Program-made: the position numbers and the translations under genes
Origin: the human T2T-CHM13v2.0 reference genome, Homo sapiens
Reading direction: 5' to 3' (one strand)
NCBI RefSeq assembly: GCF_009914755.1
Contig: NC_060939.1
Length of the DNA: 64,000 nucleotides
Notes under the pieces: model-generated
Seen by the model: the letters and a program-made list of their open reading frames with translations, nothing else
The model's database searches: none
Told to the model about the DNA's origin: nothing
In this document: positions 1 through 13,797 of the stretch, piece after piece
Numbering within the stretch: the first letter of the stretch is position 1
How the letters are laid out: each line of letters starts with the position of its first letter

Positions 1-475
1 TCCCGTTAACTACAGTCACCCAACAGTGCTGTAGAGAACTAGAACTTCTTCCTTCTCTCTAGCTGTAATTTTGTATGTATTAACCACAGTTTTCTTATAC
101 TCTTCTTTCTCCTACTCTTTCCAGGATATGATAACCAAAACTCTACTATCTACTTCTATGAGATTAAAAATTTTAGCTTCCATACATAAGTGAGAACATG
201 TAGTTATGTGGTGTTTATGTTTCTATGCCAGGCTTATTTCACCTAACATAATGCCCTCCACTTGCATTCTTGTTGCCACAAATAACAGGATTTTGTTCTT
301 TATTATGACTAAATAATATTCCATTATATATGTATGTCACATTTCTTTATCCATTCATCTGTTGATGGACACTTTTGTTGATTCCATATCTTGGCTATTG
401 TGAATAGTGCTGTAATAAACATGGGGGTGCAGGTAACTCTTTGATATACTGATTTTCTTTCCTTTGGATATATAC
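1..475 (-). mobile_element. Old L1 (L1MA/L1PB-like) 3' region
   Basis: Typical antisense L1 3' text (ataagtgagaacatg, ttccatatcttggctattgtgaatagtgctg, ctttggatatatac). Confidence 0.8.
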
Positions 476-1190
476 TGAAAACCATATGATTAAATTAATA
501 AACACAATAAAAGCGTTTGGCAAAATTAAATATTCTTACATGACAAAAAACCTCTCAACAATTTAGTATAGAAAATATATGCCTTAACACAGAAGGACAT
601 AAAGGACAAATCTACAACTAAGATCATACTGAGTGTGGAAAAGGTGAAAGATTTTACTGTGAACAAGAAAAAGATTTTACTGGAACAAGAAAAGGATGCC
701 TATTCTCACCAATCATATTTCACATAGTGAAAGTCTTAACCAGGACAATTAGGTGAGAGAAAGAAATAAAGGACATCTGAATTGGAAAGGAGACAGTCAA
801 ATTGTCCCTGTTTAAAGGCAATGTGATCTTATACACGGAAAAAAATAAGACTCTACCAAAAGCTTCTTAGGGTGATACATGAAATTAATAAAGTTGCAGG
901 ATATAAATCAACATACAAAAATCAGTAGCATTTCTATATATTGATAGTAAACTAGCTGAAACAAGAAATTAAGAAAGCAATTCCTTTTACAATAGCTACA
1001 AAAATGTACTTAGAAATAAATTTAACCAAGGAAGTAAAAGATTTTGACAACAAAAATGACAGGTATTAATGAAAGAAATTAAAGAAAACACAAAAAAGGA
1101 AAGACATCCATGTTTACAGATTGAAATAACTAATATTCTTAAAATGACCCACTATCCTATGTGATTTACAAATTTGGTACAATCACTAGC
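476..1190 (+). mobile_element. Old L1 ORF2 (RT region) fragment, opposite orientation to 1-475
   Basis: A-rich L1 ORF2 text (ggaacaagaaaaggatgcc, aaagttgcaggatataaatcaacatacaaaaatcagtagcatttctata). Confidence 0.8.
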
Positions 1191-1914
1191 TTGTATTTTT
1201 AAAAGCACCTTTGCTGCATATTCTTAAGACATTCAACAATGCCTGGATTTAAGTTTGAGGTATTATTATATCTATTTTATACTGGGCACAATATGATGTT
1301 ATCAGAGGTAACGGTTTTGATTGGTCCTAGGTCATACAGTAATATATACATTGTGATTTATAGACATGCTATCTTTTAATACTCAGGCATTTAGAAAGTT
1401 CATTTAGAAAAAGTTATAAAAACTTGCCTTCCTTTCTGACTATATCACCTAAAAATCCTAATTTAAGAGGTAATAACATTTTTTATTTGATATACAATTT
1501 ATCAACACAATAAAAATCTAACAATTATCATGTGCAGAGTGTGAAAATCTCATCAGATTAAGGAACACAAAGACATCTTTTTCATATTTCGAATGTAAAA
1601 CTGTTTTGGAAACTGTTATTTTTAGAAACAGTTAAAAACATTTTTTCATTAGTTTTTCATGTAAAATTATGACAACCAGCATGAAATAACTGTCATCACA
1701 GAAGCATGGTATATTCGATTCCAAAACATATTCTTTGTAAGTTTTAATATATTTATGTATTATTTATACTTAGATTGTAACCCATAATGTTACAATTTAT
1801 GTTACAATATTATTTTTCCTTCAACTCTTAAGAATATTCTTAAATAATAAAATTAAAATTAATGAATTATAATTTTTGTTGCTTGGGAAAAAGAGTAGAC
1901 ACACACGTGACAGT

Positions 1915-4880
1915 GCATCACTTCACCCCATCATTTCATCTCATTTCATCATTTCATCTCATCATTTTATCCCATCATTTCATCTCATTCCATCTCACCT
2001 CATCATTTTATATCATCTCATCATTTCATCTCACCATTTCATCAAATCTCATCTCATCTCATTTCCATTTCATTTTCATTATTTCATTTCACTATTTCAT
2101 TTCATCTAATTTCATTTATTTCATTTTGTCATTTCATATAATCTCATTTCATTTCATCTCATATTTTTGATATCATTTTTCATATCATTTTTCATCTCAT
2201 CATTTCATCTCAATTCATTTCATCTCATCATTTCATCTCCTCATCTCATCATTTCCTCCTTTCATTACATTTCATCTCATTTCTTCTCATCTCATTTCAA
2301 TTTCATTTCATTATTTCATCTCATTTCATTATTTCACCTAATTTCATTATTTCATCTCATCTCATCTCAATTCATCTCATCTCATTTCATCTCATCATTT
2401 CATCTCATCATTTCTCATCTCATCATTTTTCATCTCATCATTGAATCTCATTTCATTTCATTTCATCATTTCAGCTCATCATTTCATGTCACATCTATTC
2501 ATTTCATCATTTCATTTCAACATTTCATCTCATCATTTCATCTCATCTTTCAATTTCATTTCAATATCATCATTTCATCATTTCATTTCATCTCATTTCA
2601 TTATTTCATTTCATTTCAAATTCATCTCATCATTTCATCTCATCTCATCATTTTTATCTCATCATTTCATCTCATCATTTTTCATCTCATCATTTTTCAT
2701 CTCATCATCTCATCTCATCATTTCATCTCATTTCTTCTCATCATTTCATCTCATCATTTTATCTCATTTCATCTCATCTCATTTCAATTTCATTATTTCA
2801 TTTCATTTCACTACATTTCATCTCATCATTTTATCTCATCTCATTTCATCTCATCATTTCTTCTCGTCTCATCTCATCATTTCATCATTTCATCTCGTTT
2901 CATCTCATTTCATCTCATCTCATCTCATTTCATCTCATCCTTTCATTTCATCTCATCGTTTCATCTCATTTCATCTCATCTCACCTCAGCATTTCATCAT
3001 TTCATCTCATCATTTCTTATTTCATCTCATTTTATCTCATTTCATCTCATATCTCAATTCAATTTCCTTTCATTATTTCATCTCATTCATCTCATTTCAT
3101 TACATCTCATCATTTCCTCTCATCATTACATCTCATCTCATCTCATCATTTCATCATTTCATCTCATCATTGCATCTCATCATTTCATCTCATTGCATCT
3201 CATCATTCATCTCATCATTTCATCTCATCTCATCATTTCCATTTCATTATTTCATCATTTAATTTCATCATCTCATTTAATTTCACCTCATTTCATTTCA
3301 TTTTTTCATTTCATTATGTCATTTCATTTCATCTCATTACATTTCATCTAATTTCATTTCATCTCATTTCATCTCATCATTTCATTTCATCTCATCATTT
3401 CATCTCATCTTTTCATCTCATCATTTCATCTCATCATCTCATCAACTATTTTCATCTTATCTCATCATTTCATCATTTCATCTCATCATTTCATCTCATC
3501 TCGTATCTTCTCATCTCATTTCAATTTCATTTCATTATTTCATTTCATTATTGCATGTTATCTCATCTCATCATTTCATCTCATCACATCTCATCATTTT
3601 ATCATTTTATTTCATCATCTCATCTTATCATTTCATCTCATCTCATTTCAATTTTATTTATTTATTTCAATTTCATTTCATTATTTCATTTCATTTCATC
3701 TCATCAGTTCATCTCATCATTTCATCTCATCATCTCATCTCATCTCATCATTTCATCTCATCATTCATCTCATCATTTCATATCATTTTATCTCATCTCA
3801 TCATTTCATCTCATTTCATCTCATCTCATTTCATCATTACATCTCATTTCATCTCATTTTATGTCATCATTTCATGTCATCATTTCATCACATCTCATCT
3901 CATCTCATCATTTCATCATTTCATCTCATTTCAACTCATTGCATCTCATCTCATCATTTCCATTTCATTATTCCATTTCATCATTTCATTTAATTATGTC
4001 ATTTCATCTCATCATATTTCATCTCATTTCATCTCATCTCATCATTTCATTTCATCTCATCATTTCATCTCATTTTATCTCATCTCATCATTTCATCATT
4101 TCATCTCATCATTTCTTCTCATCTCATCATTTCCATTTCATTTTCATTATTTCATCGTTTCATTATTTCATTTCATCTCATTTCATTATTTCGTTTCATT
4201 ATGTCATTACATTTCATCTCATTTCATCTCATCATTTCATCCATCATTTCATTTCATTTCATCATTTCATCTCATGATTTCATCTTATCTCATCATCTCA
4301 TTTCATCTCATTATTTCATCTCATTTCATCTCATCTCATTTCATCATTACATCTCATCATTTCAACTCATCTTATTTCAATTTCATTACATTTCATAATT
4401 TCCTTTCATTATTTCATTTCATTTCATCTCATTTCATTATTTCATTTCATTATTTCATTTCATTTCATCTCATTTTTCATCTCATCATTTTTCATCTCAT
4501 TTCATCTCATCATTCATCTCATTTCATCTCATCATTTTATCTCATTATTTCATCTCATCTCATCTCATTTCAATTTCATTATTTCATATCATTTCATTAT
4601 TTCATTTCATTTCATCTCATCATTTCATCTCATTTCATCTCATCATTTCATCTATCATCTCATCATTTCATCTCATTTCATCTCATCTCATCTCCTTTCA
4701 ATTTCTTTTCAACTTTGTCATTTCGTCTCATCATTTCATCTCATCATTTCTACTCACCATTTCATCTCAAAATTTCATCTCATCATCTCATCTCATCTCA
4801 TCATTTTGTCATTTCATCTCATCTCAAGTCATCTTATCATTTCATCTAAGTGAAATGATGGAATCATGAAATGAAATGGA
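1915..4880. repeat. Degenerate (CATTT/CATCT/CAT)n pentamer satellite, HSAT2/3-like
   Basis: About 2.9 kb of catttcatctcat-type units with almost no G on the + strand. The last ~30 bp are in the opposite (GAAAT) orientation. Confidence 0.9.
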
Positions 4881-4924
4881 TAGGATGCCCTCAGTGATGT
4901 TAAATTTAAAAATTGTTTCTTTTC

Positions 4925-5474
<550 letters not shown>

Positions 5475-5864
5475 TAGGTAATATGAATATTCTGTACAGG
5501 AAATACGCCCTTAATTACATAGGAATAAACATTTGTTACACTGAGAAAAATCTAATAGAGCTAAAAATAAAAATTAATTTGGAAAGGTCATTAGATACTC
5601 ATACATTCTTACGTTTATACATTCTTTCATATATTCATATATTCTTTTAACAGTATCAATGGTTTGGAGTTATGTGTACAAAACCATGACCTATATGTAA
5701 TACAACTAATAACAAGCACTTACAATTCAAGGCATATTATATACAAAGCTTTAACTTCCTATCAAAATATTTTGGTTTTTTTCTTTCTGTTTTGGCAGAT
5801 ACTATGAACACAACATTCAACTCACAGACACTATGGAGCCCTTACTAAGCATAAAGTACTGTGA

Positions 5865-8800
5865 AAGGCCAGGGCTAGGAGAGAACTGAGACAGGGCCAG
5901 GGATAGGACAGAACTGGGGCAGGGTCATGGCCAGAGAAAAACCAGGGGCAGGGTCATAGCCAGGGACATGAGAGGACCAAGGCCAGGGCCAGAAGCAGGG
6001 CAGAACCAGGGCCAGGGCAGGGACATGGCAGGGCCAGGGCCATGGCAGGATCAGGGTCAGCAGAAGGCCAGGGCAGGGCTAGGGTAGCACAGGGCCAAGG
6101 CAGGACAGGGTCAGTGTAGAGCAAGAATGGGCCAGAGTATGGCAGGGCAGGGACAGGGAGGTCCAGGGCCAGAGTCAGGTCCAGGACATGGACAGGGCAG
6201 GGCCAGAAACATGGCAGGACAAGAAAGGGGACAGGGCAAGGGCAAGGCCAGAGAAGGACCATGGAAAAAACACGGCCAGGGAGGGTCCAGGGTAAGGGCA
6301 AGGCCAGGGCAGAACCAGAGCCAGAGCAGGCCAAAGGCAGGGCCAGGGCAGGGCAAAGCCAGGGTAGGCCAGGGCCAGTGTAGGGTGAGGGTAGGGCCAG
6401 GGCGAGTTCAGGGCCAGGGCAGGACTAAGATAGCACAGGGCCAAGGCAGGGCCAGGGCAGGGCCAAAAGGAGGGGCCAGGGCCAAGCATAGCCAGTGTCA
6501 GACCTGGGGATTGTCAGGGCCAGGGTCAGGGTCAAGGCTGGGCCAGGGACAGGGCCAGAGCAAGGACAGGGCCAGGGAGAAGGCAGAACCAGAGAGGATC
6601 CAGAGCAAGGCCAGGGTCAGGGCAGAACCAGGACCAGGATAAGGCAAAGCCAAGGCCAGGGCAGGGCAAGGCCAGGGAGAAGGCAGGGCCGGGGCCAAGG
6701 CAGTACCAGGGCAGGGCAGGACCAGTGCAGGGCCAATGCAGGGTGAGGGCAAGGCCAGGGCATGGAAGGGCAGGGCAGGACCAAGGAAGGGCCAGGAGAG
6801 GGCCACGGCAGGGTCACGGCCAGAACAAGGGTATGGCTGGGGTCAGGAATATGGTAGGATGAGGGCTGGGCCCAGGCTGGGACATGCAGGGCAGAGCATG
6901 GCCTGTGCAAGGCATGGCCAGAGCCAGGCCATAGATATGGGAGGGCAACACCAAGGCAGAGTCAGGGTAGATCCAGGGCTGAGCAGAGTCAGGGCAGGTC
7001 CAGAGTCGAGGCAGAGCTAGGGCCCAAGCAGGGCCATGGTAGCACCAGGGCAGACGAGGGCAGGGCAATGCAGGACTGTGCCATGGCAGTGCCTGGTCAA
7101 CTCCGGGGCAGGGCCAGAAGCAGGACAGGGACAGGGCCAATGCTCAGGCCAGGGACAGGGCATGACAGGACGTGCCAGAGCAGGGCTGGGCCAACGTTGG
7201 GGCAGGGCAAATCAGACCAGGACACCTCCAAGTCCAGCTCTGGCCCTGCCTTGGCCCTGGCCCCTTCCTGGCCTGACCTTGTTCCTGGCCCTGCCCTATC
7301 CATGCCCTGTGTGTTTGACCAGTGTTTTATAACCAGAATCCTACAAGAAACTTAAATTAGTTCTTTTTGTGCATTTTTAGTAGAGATGGGGTTTCACAAT
7401 GTTGCCCAGGCTGGTTCCAAACTCCTGAGCTCAAGCCATCTGCCTGCCTTGGCCTCCCAAAGTGCTGGGATTACAGGAGTAATCTGGCCAAGTATTTAAC
7501 TTCTTTATGCCTGTTTCCTATATTTGGAAAATGGGGATGCTTTAAGTACCTAGCACATAGAATTATTGTGAGAATCAATGCCTCACATATTTACATATTG
7601 ATAAAATTATATTATATTCATAGAACACTACTGGAAGCAAAGATAGTATTAGTTAAAATTTAGTGATTACTGCAAATATTATTACTATTACAAACAATAT
7701 AGTATAGACATTACTACTAATATAGTTATCTTAAAAATCTAAAATAAAAATTTTATGTAATAGCCTAATGTAATCTCTCCTGCTCTGCCCTGGTTCAGCC
7801 CTAGTGCCGGCTCTGCCGCTAGTCCTACTACATCCCTGGCCCTGATCCTTCCCTGGTCCAGCCGCTGCCCTGGCCCTTCCCATCTTCAGGCCTTACCATG
7901 GCCCTACCCTGGTCCTGACCCTGCCCTGGTCTGGTCCTGACCCTGGCCCTACCCCAGAGAAGGGGTATGGCAGAGCCAGGGAAGGGCCGGGGCAAATAAG
8001 GGACAGGACACATCCAAATCCAGGAAAGGGCCAGGGCCATGACAGAGCCAGGGCGAGTCCTTGGCAGGGCCAGGTTCCAGGCCAGGGCCAGGAAAGGGTC
8101 ATGACAGGGTCACTGTATGGCCAAGGTCCAGGCCAAAGCCAAGGCAGTGGCAGGGTCAGGTCTGCATAAGGGCAGGACGAGAGCAAGTGATATGGCAGGG
8201 CCAGGGCCAGGGCTGTGCCAGGACAGAACAAGAGCAGAGCAGGGCAGGACCAGAGCCAGGCCATAGAGAGAGTGGGGCAAATGCCAAGGCAAGGCCAGGG
8301 TAGTGCCAGGTCTGAGGCGAGGTCAGGGAAGGTCCAGGGCTGAGTCAAGGCTAGAACCAAGACGGGGCAAAGGCCGGGGCAGATCTAGGGCACAAGCGGG
8401 GCAGATCTAGGGCACAAGCATGGCAGGCTAGGGCAGGGCAATGGCAAGACCAGGTCATGGCAGGGCCAGCCCAGGATAGAACAGGGCACAGGCAGGGCAG
8501 GGCCAGGGCCATGGCTGGGGCAGGACAAGGACCAGGACTGGGGTCCAGGCCAGGGCAAGGGTATGGCCAGGGCAGAGGTAGGGCCAGAGCCAGGGTCTGG
8601 GCAGGACCAAGGCAGGTCTATTGCAGGGCCAGGGTTCAGACCAGGGCCAGAGCAGGGCTGGGACAGGGCCAGGGCCAGAACCAGGAAAGGGCAATGTCAG
8701 AACAAGGGCCATGGCAGGACCAGCAATGGGGCTGGGGCCAGGACAGGGACAGGGACAGGGTCAGGGATAGGGCCAGAATAGCATGCCAGGGTAGAGCCAG

Positions 8801-11235
8801 GCCAAATTAGGGCCAGGACAGGGTCAGGACCAGGGCTGGACCAGGGTATGGCCTTAAGTAGCGAACGGCCAGGGCCAGGGTCCATGCCAGTGCCAGCGCC
8901 GGTCCAGGGCAGAGGCAGGGCCATGGCCAGGTCAAGGACAAGGCTGGGGCAGGGCCAAGGTCTGGGTCAGGGTAAGCACAAGACCAGGACAGAGCCAGGG
9001 GAGGGACAGGGCCATGGTAGGGCCAGGTTAAATCAGGGACAAGACACCTGCAAATCCACTTCAGGGCCAGGTCAGGGCAGGGCCAGTTCAGGGCCAGGGC
9101 CAAGACAGGGCCAGGGTCACGGCTGCCAGGGTCATTGGCAGGGCCAGGGCCATGGCAGGACCAGGGTCAGGAGCAGGGGTCAATGCCAGGCCAAGGCCAC
9201 ACATAGGACCAGGTCTGTGCTAGGGCCAGTGTGAGGGCCAAGGCAGGGTCAGGGCAGGGACAAAGGGAGGGCAGGGCCAGGGCAGGGTGGAGCAGGCCCA
9301 GGGTTGCACAGGGTTAAGGTAGGGCATGACCAACCAGGGCAGGTCTATGGCTGGGGCCGGGGCAGGGCCAGAGCCAGGGCAGGGCCAAGACAGTGGCAGC
9401 TCCAGGGCAGGGCCAGGGTTAGGACCACGGACATGTCCAAGGCCAGTGCCAGGGCAAGGGCAAGGGCAGGTGCAGGGCCAGGTTCATCTAAGAACCAGGG
9501 ACAAAGCCAGGCCCAGAGCTGGGCCAGGACAGGTACCTGGCAGGGCTAGGGTCTGGGACAGGGCCATGGCAGGGCCAGGGCCACAACCAGGTCTGTGCTA
9601 TGGCCAGGTCCAACACAGTGCCCAGGTAAGGCTAGGGTGAACGCCAAGGTAGGGCCAGGGCAGGGTCAAAGCTAGGCTAGGGCCAAGGCAGGGCCAGGGC
9701 CGGCAAGGCAGGGCCAGGAAAGCATAGGGCCAAGGCAGGGCAGGGCCAGGCCAGTGCCAAGACCTGGGCAGGGCCAGGGCCAGGACAGGTCCAGGGCAGG
9801 GCCATGACAGGGCCAGGGGCTGCATTAGGGCAAGAGCAGGGCCAGGGCAAGGTAAGGGTCAGGGCCAAGGCCAGGGTAGGGACAGGGCAAGAAATATGGC
9901 AGGACCAGGGGCAATGCCAAGGCCAAGGCTGGGCCAGGGCTGAGCCAGGGCTGAGTCAGGGCAGGGCAGGGCAGGGCATGGTATGGCCAGTACAGGACAG
10001 GACAAGAGCTGGTCCACACAGAGAGCAGAGCTGATGCCAAAGAAGAGCCAGGCTAGTGCCGAGGCTGAGGCAGTGTCAGAGCATGTCCAGGGCAGGGCCG
10101 GGGCCAGGGCCAGAACCGAGCCAGGGCACAGCCAAGGCAGGGTAGGGCAGGGAAATAGCATGGCCAGGTCAGTACTGGGACAGGGCAGAGCAGGGCAAGG
10201 CGATGGTAGTGGCAGGGCAGGGACAGGCCAATGCAGAGCCATGTTACGCCAGGGCCAGAACACCTCCAAGTTCACTTCAGGGCCAGGGCTATGGCAGGAC
10301 AAAGACCAGGGCCAGGATCAGGGCCAGGTCTGTGCTAGGGCCAGCTCCAGAGCAGGGTCTAGCGAAGACTAGGGTGAGGGCCAAGGTAAGGCCAGGGCAG
10401 GGTCAAAGGCAGAGTAGGGCCAGGGCAGGGTGATGACACATCCAGAGCACAGCAGGGCAGGGTAATGGCAAGACCAGGGGCAGACCACTGCCAGCTCAGG
10501 GCCAGGGAAAGGCCAGTGCAGAGCCAGGAAAGGGTCTGGGTCTGGGTCAGGGCCAGGAACAAGGCAGAGCAGGGCCAGGGCCATGGCAGAGTCAGGGCAG
10601 GTCCTTGACAGGACCAGGTTCCAGGGCAGCAGCAGGGGCAGGGCCTGGATAAGGGCAGGGCCAGGGATATGGCAGGACCAGGGCTAGGGCCAGGGCCAGG
10701 CCATAGTGAGGGCAGGGCAAAAGCCAAGGCAGGGTCAAGGCAGGTCCAGGGCAGGTCCAGGGAGCGGCCAGCACCAAGCAGGGCCAAGGCACAACCAGCT
10801 CAGGGTAAGGCAGGGCAATGGCACCACTGGGCCATGACAGGGCAAGGTCAGTGCCAGGAGAGGGCAGAACAGGCAGGCCCATGGTGGGGCCAGGGCAGGG
10901 ATGGGCCAAAGCAGGGCCAGGACATATCCAAGGCCAGGTCAGGGCCAGAACAAGAGCAGGACCATGACCATTGGCAGGGCCAGTGCCATGACAGGACCAG
11001 GGTCAGGACAAGGGGCAGGGCCAGAGCCAAGGTCAGGCCAGTGCATGTTCAGGGCAGGGCCAGTGCCAGGGCAAGACCAGGGAAGGGACAGGGTAGCACA
11101 GGGCCAAGACAGGGTCAGGATGGGACCAGAGCAGGACAGGGCCGAGAGTCCAGGTAACAGTAGGGCAGGTACAGGGCAAGGCAGGGCAGTACAGGGCCAG
11201 ATCCACGGCAGGCGCAGGGCAAAGCCAGGCCCATT
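5865..11235 (+). repeat. CAGGG / GGCCAG degenerate G-rich pericentromeric repeat array (Ig switch-region-like)
   Basis: Continuous cagggc/cagggccaggg/ggcaggac units. This repeat class is known from hominoid pericentromeric duplication junctions. Confidence 0.9.
7360..7590. mobile_element. Alu fragment plus MIR fragment inside the inverted segment of the CAGGG array
   Basis: gtagagatggggtttc...gctgggattacagg, followed by MIR-like text (cctgtttcctatatttggaaaatggggat...tattgtgagaatcaatg). Confidence 0.7.
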
Positions 11236-11259
11236 GCCAATGCACCAGCCCTCCCTACA

Positions 11260-12510
11260 AGGCTCCTACCACCTGGTCACTGCTGCAGCCCGTCCATTGC
11301 TGTAAGCCTGACCCTGGCTGCAGCCGCCTGCCCTCCTAGCGTGGCCGCTCTCCTACCGCTCTGGTGCACTGCAGTCTCCGTCACTGCCACCCACCTGTAG
11401 CGAGGCGAGCCGTGGTGTCGCAGGCTCTAGGTGTCTCCTCCTCCTCCTGGCATGGAGCAGCTGGGCGGGCAAAGCCAGAAAAGCCTAGAGGAAGATGTGA
11501 GGGGTGGAAGGGTTAGAGCCTCACCTTGTCATGCCGGCCACTGGGTGGCAGGGGCCAGTTTCAGCAAAGGCACTCACACCCACCCTCCAAAGTCCAGCCT
11601 CTTCTTTTGGCCCAAGCTGGCCGGGAACTGAGGTCTGGGGTGGGTGCTGGAGACACCACAGCACCCAGCTCCCCACTCCACAGGAACCATTGGGCCCACT
11701 GGGGCTGCACTCCTTGGGGAGCAGGAGAAGCAGAAAAATTCAGACCCAGCCAGCCCTCTGCACCCAGGTGCCAATTCCTGTTCCGGACGCTTCCACGCAC
11801 AGGGCCCTGTCCCCCGTGGTGTCCCCAGGGGTGCCTGGCAGCCTCTGAGGCACAGACCCAGAGTGCACAGGCCCAGGAACCACGGTGGGTGTGGGGGCTC
11901 TGCCATGCTCAGGATTCCCATGCAAACGCTGCGTGCCCTGCCGCATTCCAGTATGACCAAGAGTGGGTCGCCCTCTGGAGTGTGGAGTCAGGGAGAGGAG
12001 AACCACTCCTTCCTTGGATGCCAACTCTGTTGACCGCCACCAGCAGTGCAGCCTGATAGCACCGAACTCGTCCCCCACTCCACGGCTAGTCCTGCCCTCA
12101 ATAGCACCCCCCACCTCTGTCCCCCAATGCCGCCAGTAGCGTATACCCGATAGTGCCCTAACCTGTCCTCCTCCATGGGCATTGCAGCCCCAGAAAGCAC
12201 CCATAACCCACCTTCCCTGCCGTGGGCAGTGCAGCCCTGTACAGTGCTACCAACTAGTACCCCTAATGCAGGCAATGACACCCTGGATAGCGCCCCCAAC
12301 CCACCCCACACTGCGAAAGGTGCAGCCCTGGATAGCCCCTGTCCTACCACTCTGGTCATGCTGCAGTCTCTGTCACCGCCACCACCAACCACAGTGAGGC
12401 AAGCCAGTGGGCCGCAGACTCTAGCACCCAGCAGCCAGGCATGGAGCAGCTCTCGCTGATGGCCGGCTCCTACCACTCTGACCACGCTGCTGTCTGTCTC
12501 TGTGGCCATC
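11260..12510 (+). repeat. GC-rich pericentromeric composite repeat (REP522/ACRO-type, family uncertain), including a ~40-bp tandem unit
   Basis: Recurring ctcctaccgctctgg..ctgcagtctccgtc motif (11265, 11350, 12340, 12467) and cagtgcagccctggatagc-ccccaacc units (12040-12340). Confidence 0.65.
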
Positions 12511-12514
12511 TTCT

Positions 12515-13797
12515 TTCACTACAAAGGAATAAAAATAGGTATCAATAAGAAAAGTAATTTTGGAAATAATACAATCACATGGAAGTTAAACACTACCCTC
12601 CTGAATAAATGACTAGCGGGTCAATGAAGATACTAAGACAGAAATTCAAAAATTTCATGAAACAAAGGGTAATGAAAACACAGTATACCAAAACTTGTTA
12701 TGCAGAAACCAGTACAAAGGCAGAGATTTACAGCTATAAGTGCCTACCATCCAAACAAAAGAAAAACTTCAAGTAAACAATACATCTTAAAGAACTAGTA
12801 AAGAACAAACTAAACCGAAAATAAGAAAATAAATAAGATCGTAGCAGAAACAAAATTGAAATAAAAACCTCACAAGATTAAACGAAAAGTTGGTTTTCTG
12901 GAAAGCTAAACAAAATTGACAAACTTTTAACCAGGCTAAGAAAAGAGACAAGATTCAAATAAATAAAATCAACAGATTAAAAAAAGGAGACATTACAACT
13001 AATACTTCAGAAATTCAAAGGATCATAACTGGCTATTATATGCCAATAAATTGGAAAGCCTAGTAGAAATTGGCAAATTCCTAGATGCATACAACCTACT
13101 TAGGTTAAACAACGAAAACATCCAAGACCAGAACAGATTGGTAACAAGTAATGAGATTGAAGCCATCAGAAAAAGTCTCCCAGTAAAGAAAAGCCCAGGA
13201 ACTGATGTCTTCACTGCTGATGGCTTCACACCAAACAATTTAAAGACCTAGTACAAATCCTGCTCAAACTATTTTGAAAAACAGGAGGGAATACTTCCAA
13301 ACTTATTCTATGAGACCATTATTACTGTGATACCAAAATCAGACAAAAGCATCAAAGAAGGAAACTACAGGCCAGGATCTCTAATATTGATGCAAAAATC
13401 CTCAACAAAATACCACTGAATCAAATTCAGTAATACATTAAAAAGATAATTCATCATGATCAAGTGCAATGTATCCCTGGGATCAAGGGTCACTCAACAT
13501 ACAATGTGATACATCATATCAACCAAATAAACGACAAAAACAGTATCATCACGTCAACTGAAACCGAAAAAGCATTTGATGAAATTCAACATCCCTTCAT
13601 GCTATAAATCCTCAAAGAAACGGGCACAGAAGAAACATACCGCAACATAATAAAAACTACAGGAAAGACACCCACAGCTAGAATCATATGGAATGGGGAA
13701 AAATGGAAAGCTTTTCCTCTAAGATCTGGAACATGATAAGGATGCCCCCTGTCACCACTGTTGTTTAACATAGTACCAGAAATCCTAGCTAAAGCAA
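12515..13797 (+). mobile_element. L1 ORF2 internal fragment (L1PB/L1MA-like)
   Basis: Translation LVEIGKFLDAYNLLRLNNENIQDQNRLVTSNEIEAIRKSLPVKKSPGTD matches degenerate ORF2p. No poly(A) tail. Confidence 0.9.

Noticed and set aside
1862-4849. Long S/H/F/I/L-rich ORFs (up to 432 aa)
   Set aside because: They are translations of a G-poor satellite that rarely forms stop codons, and are open in several frames.
5954-11305. Many G/Q/R/A/P-rich ORFs on both strands
   Set aside because: Artefacts of the CAGGG repeat, with overlapping frames and no domain.
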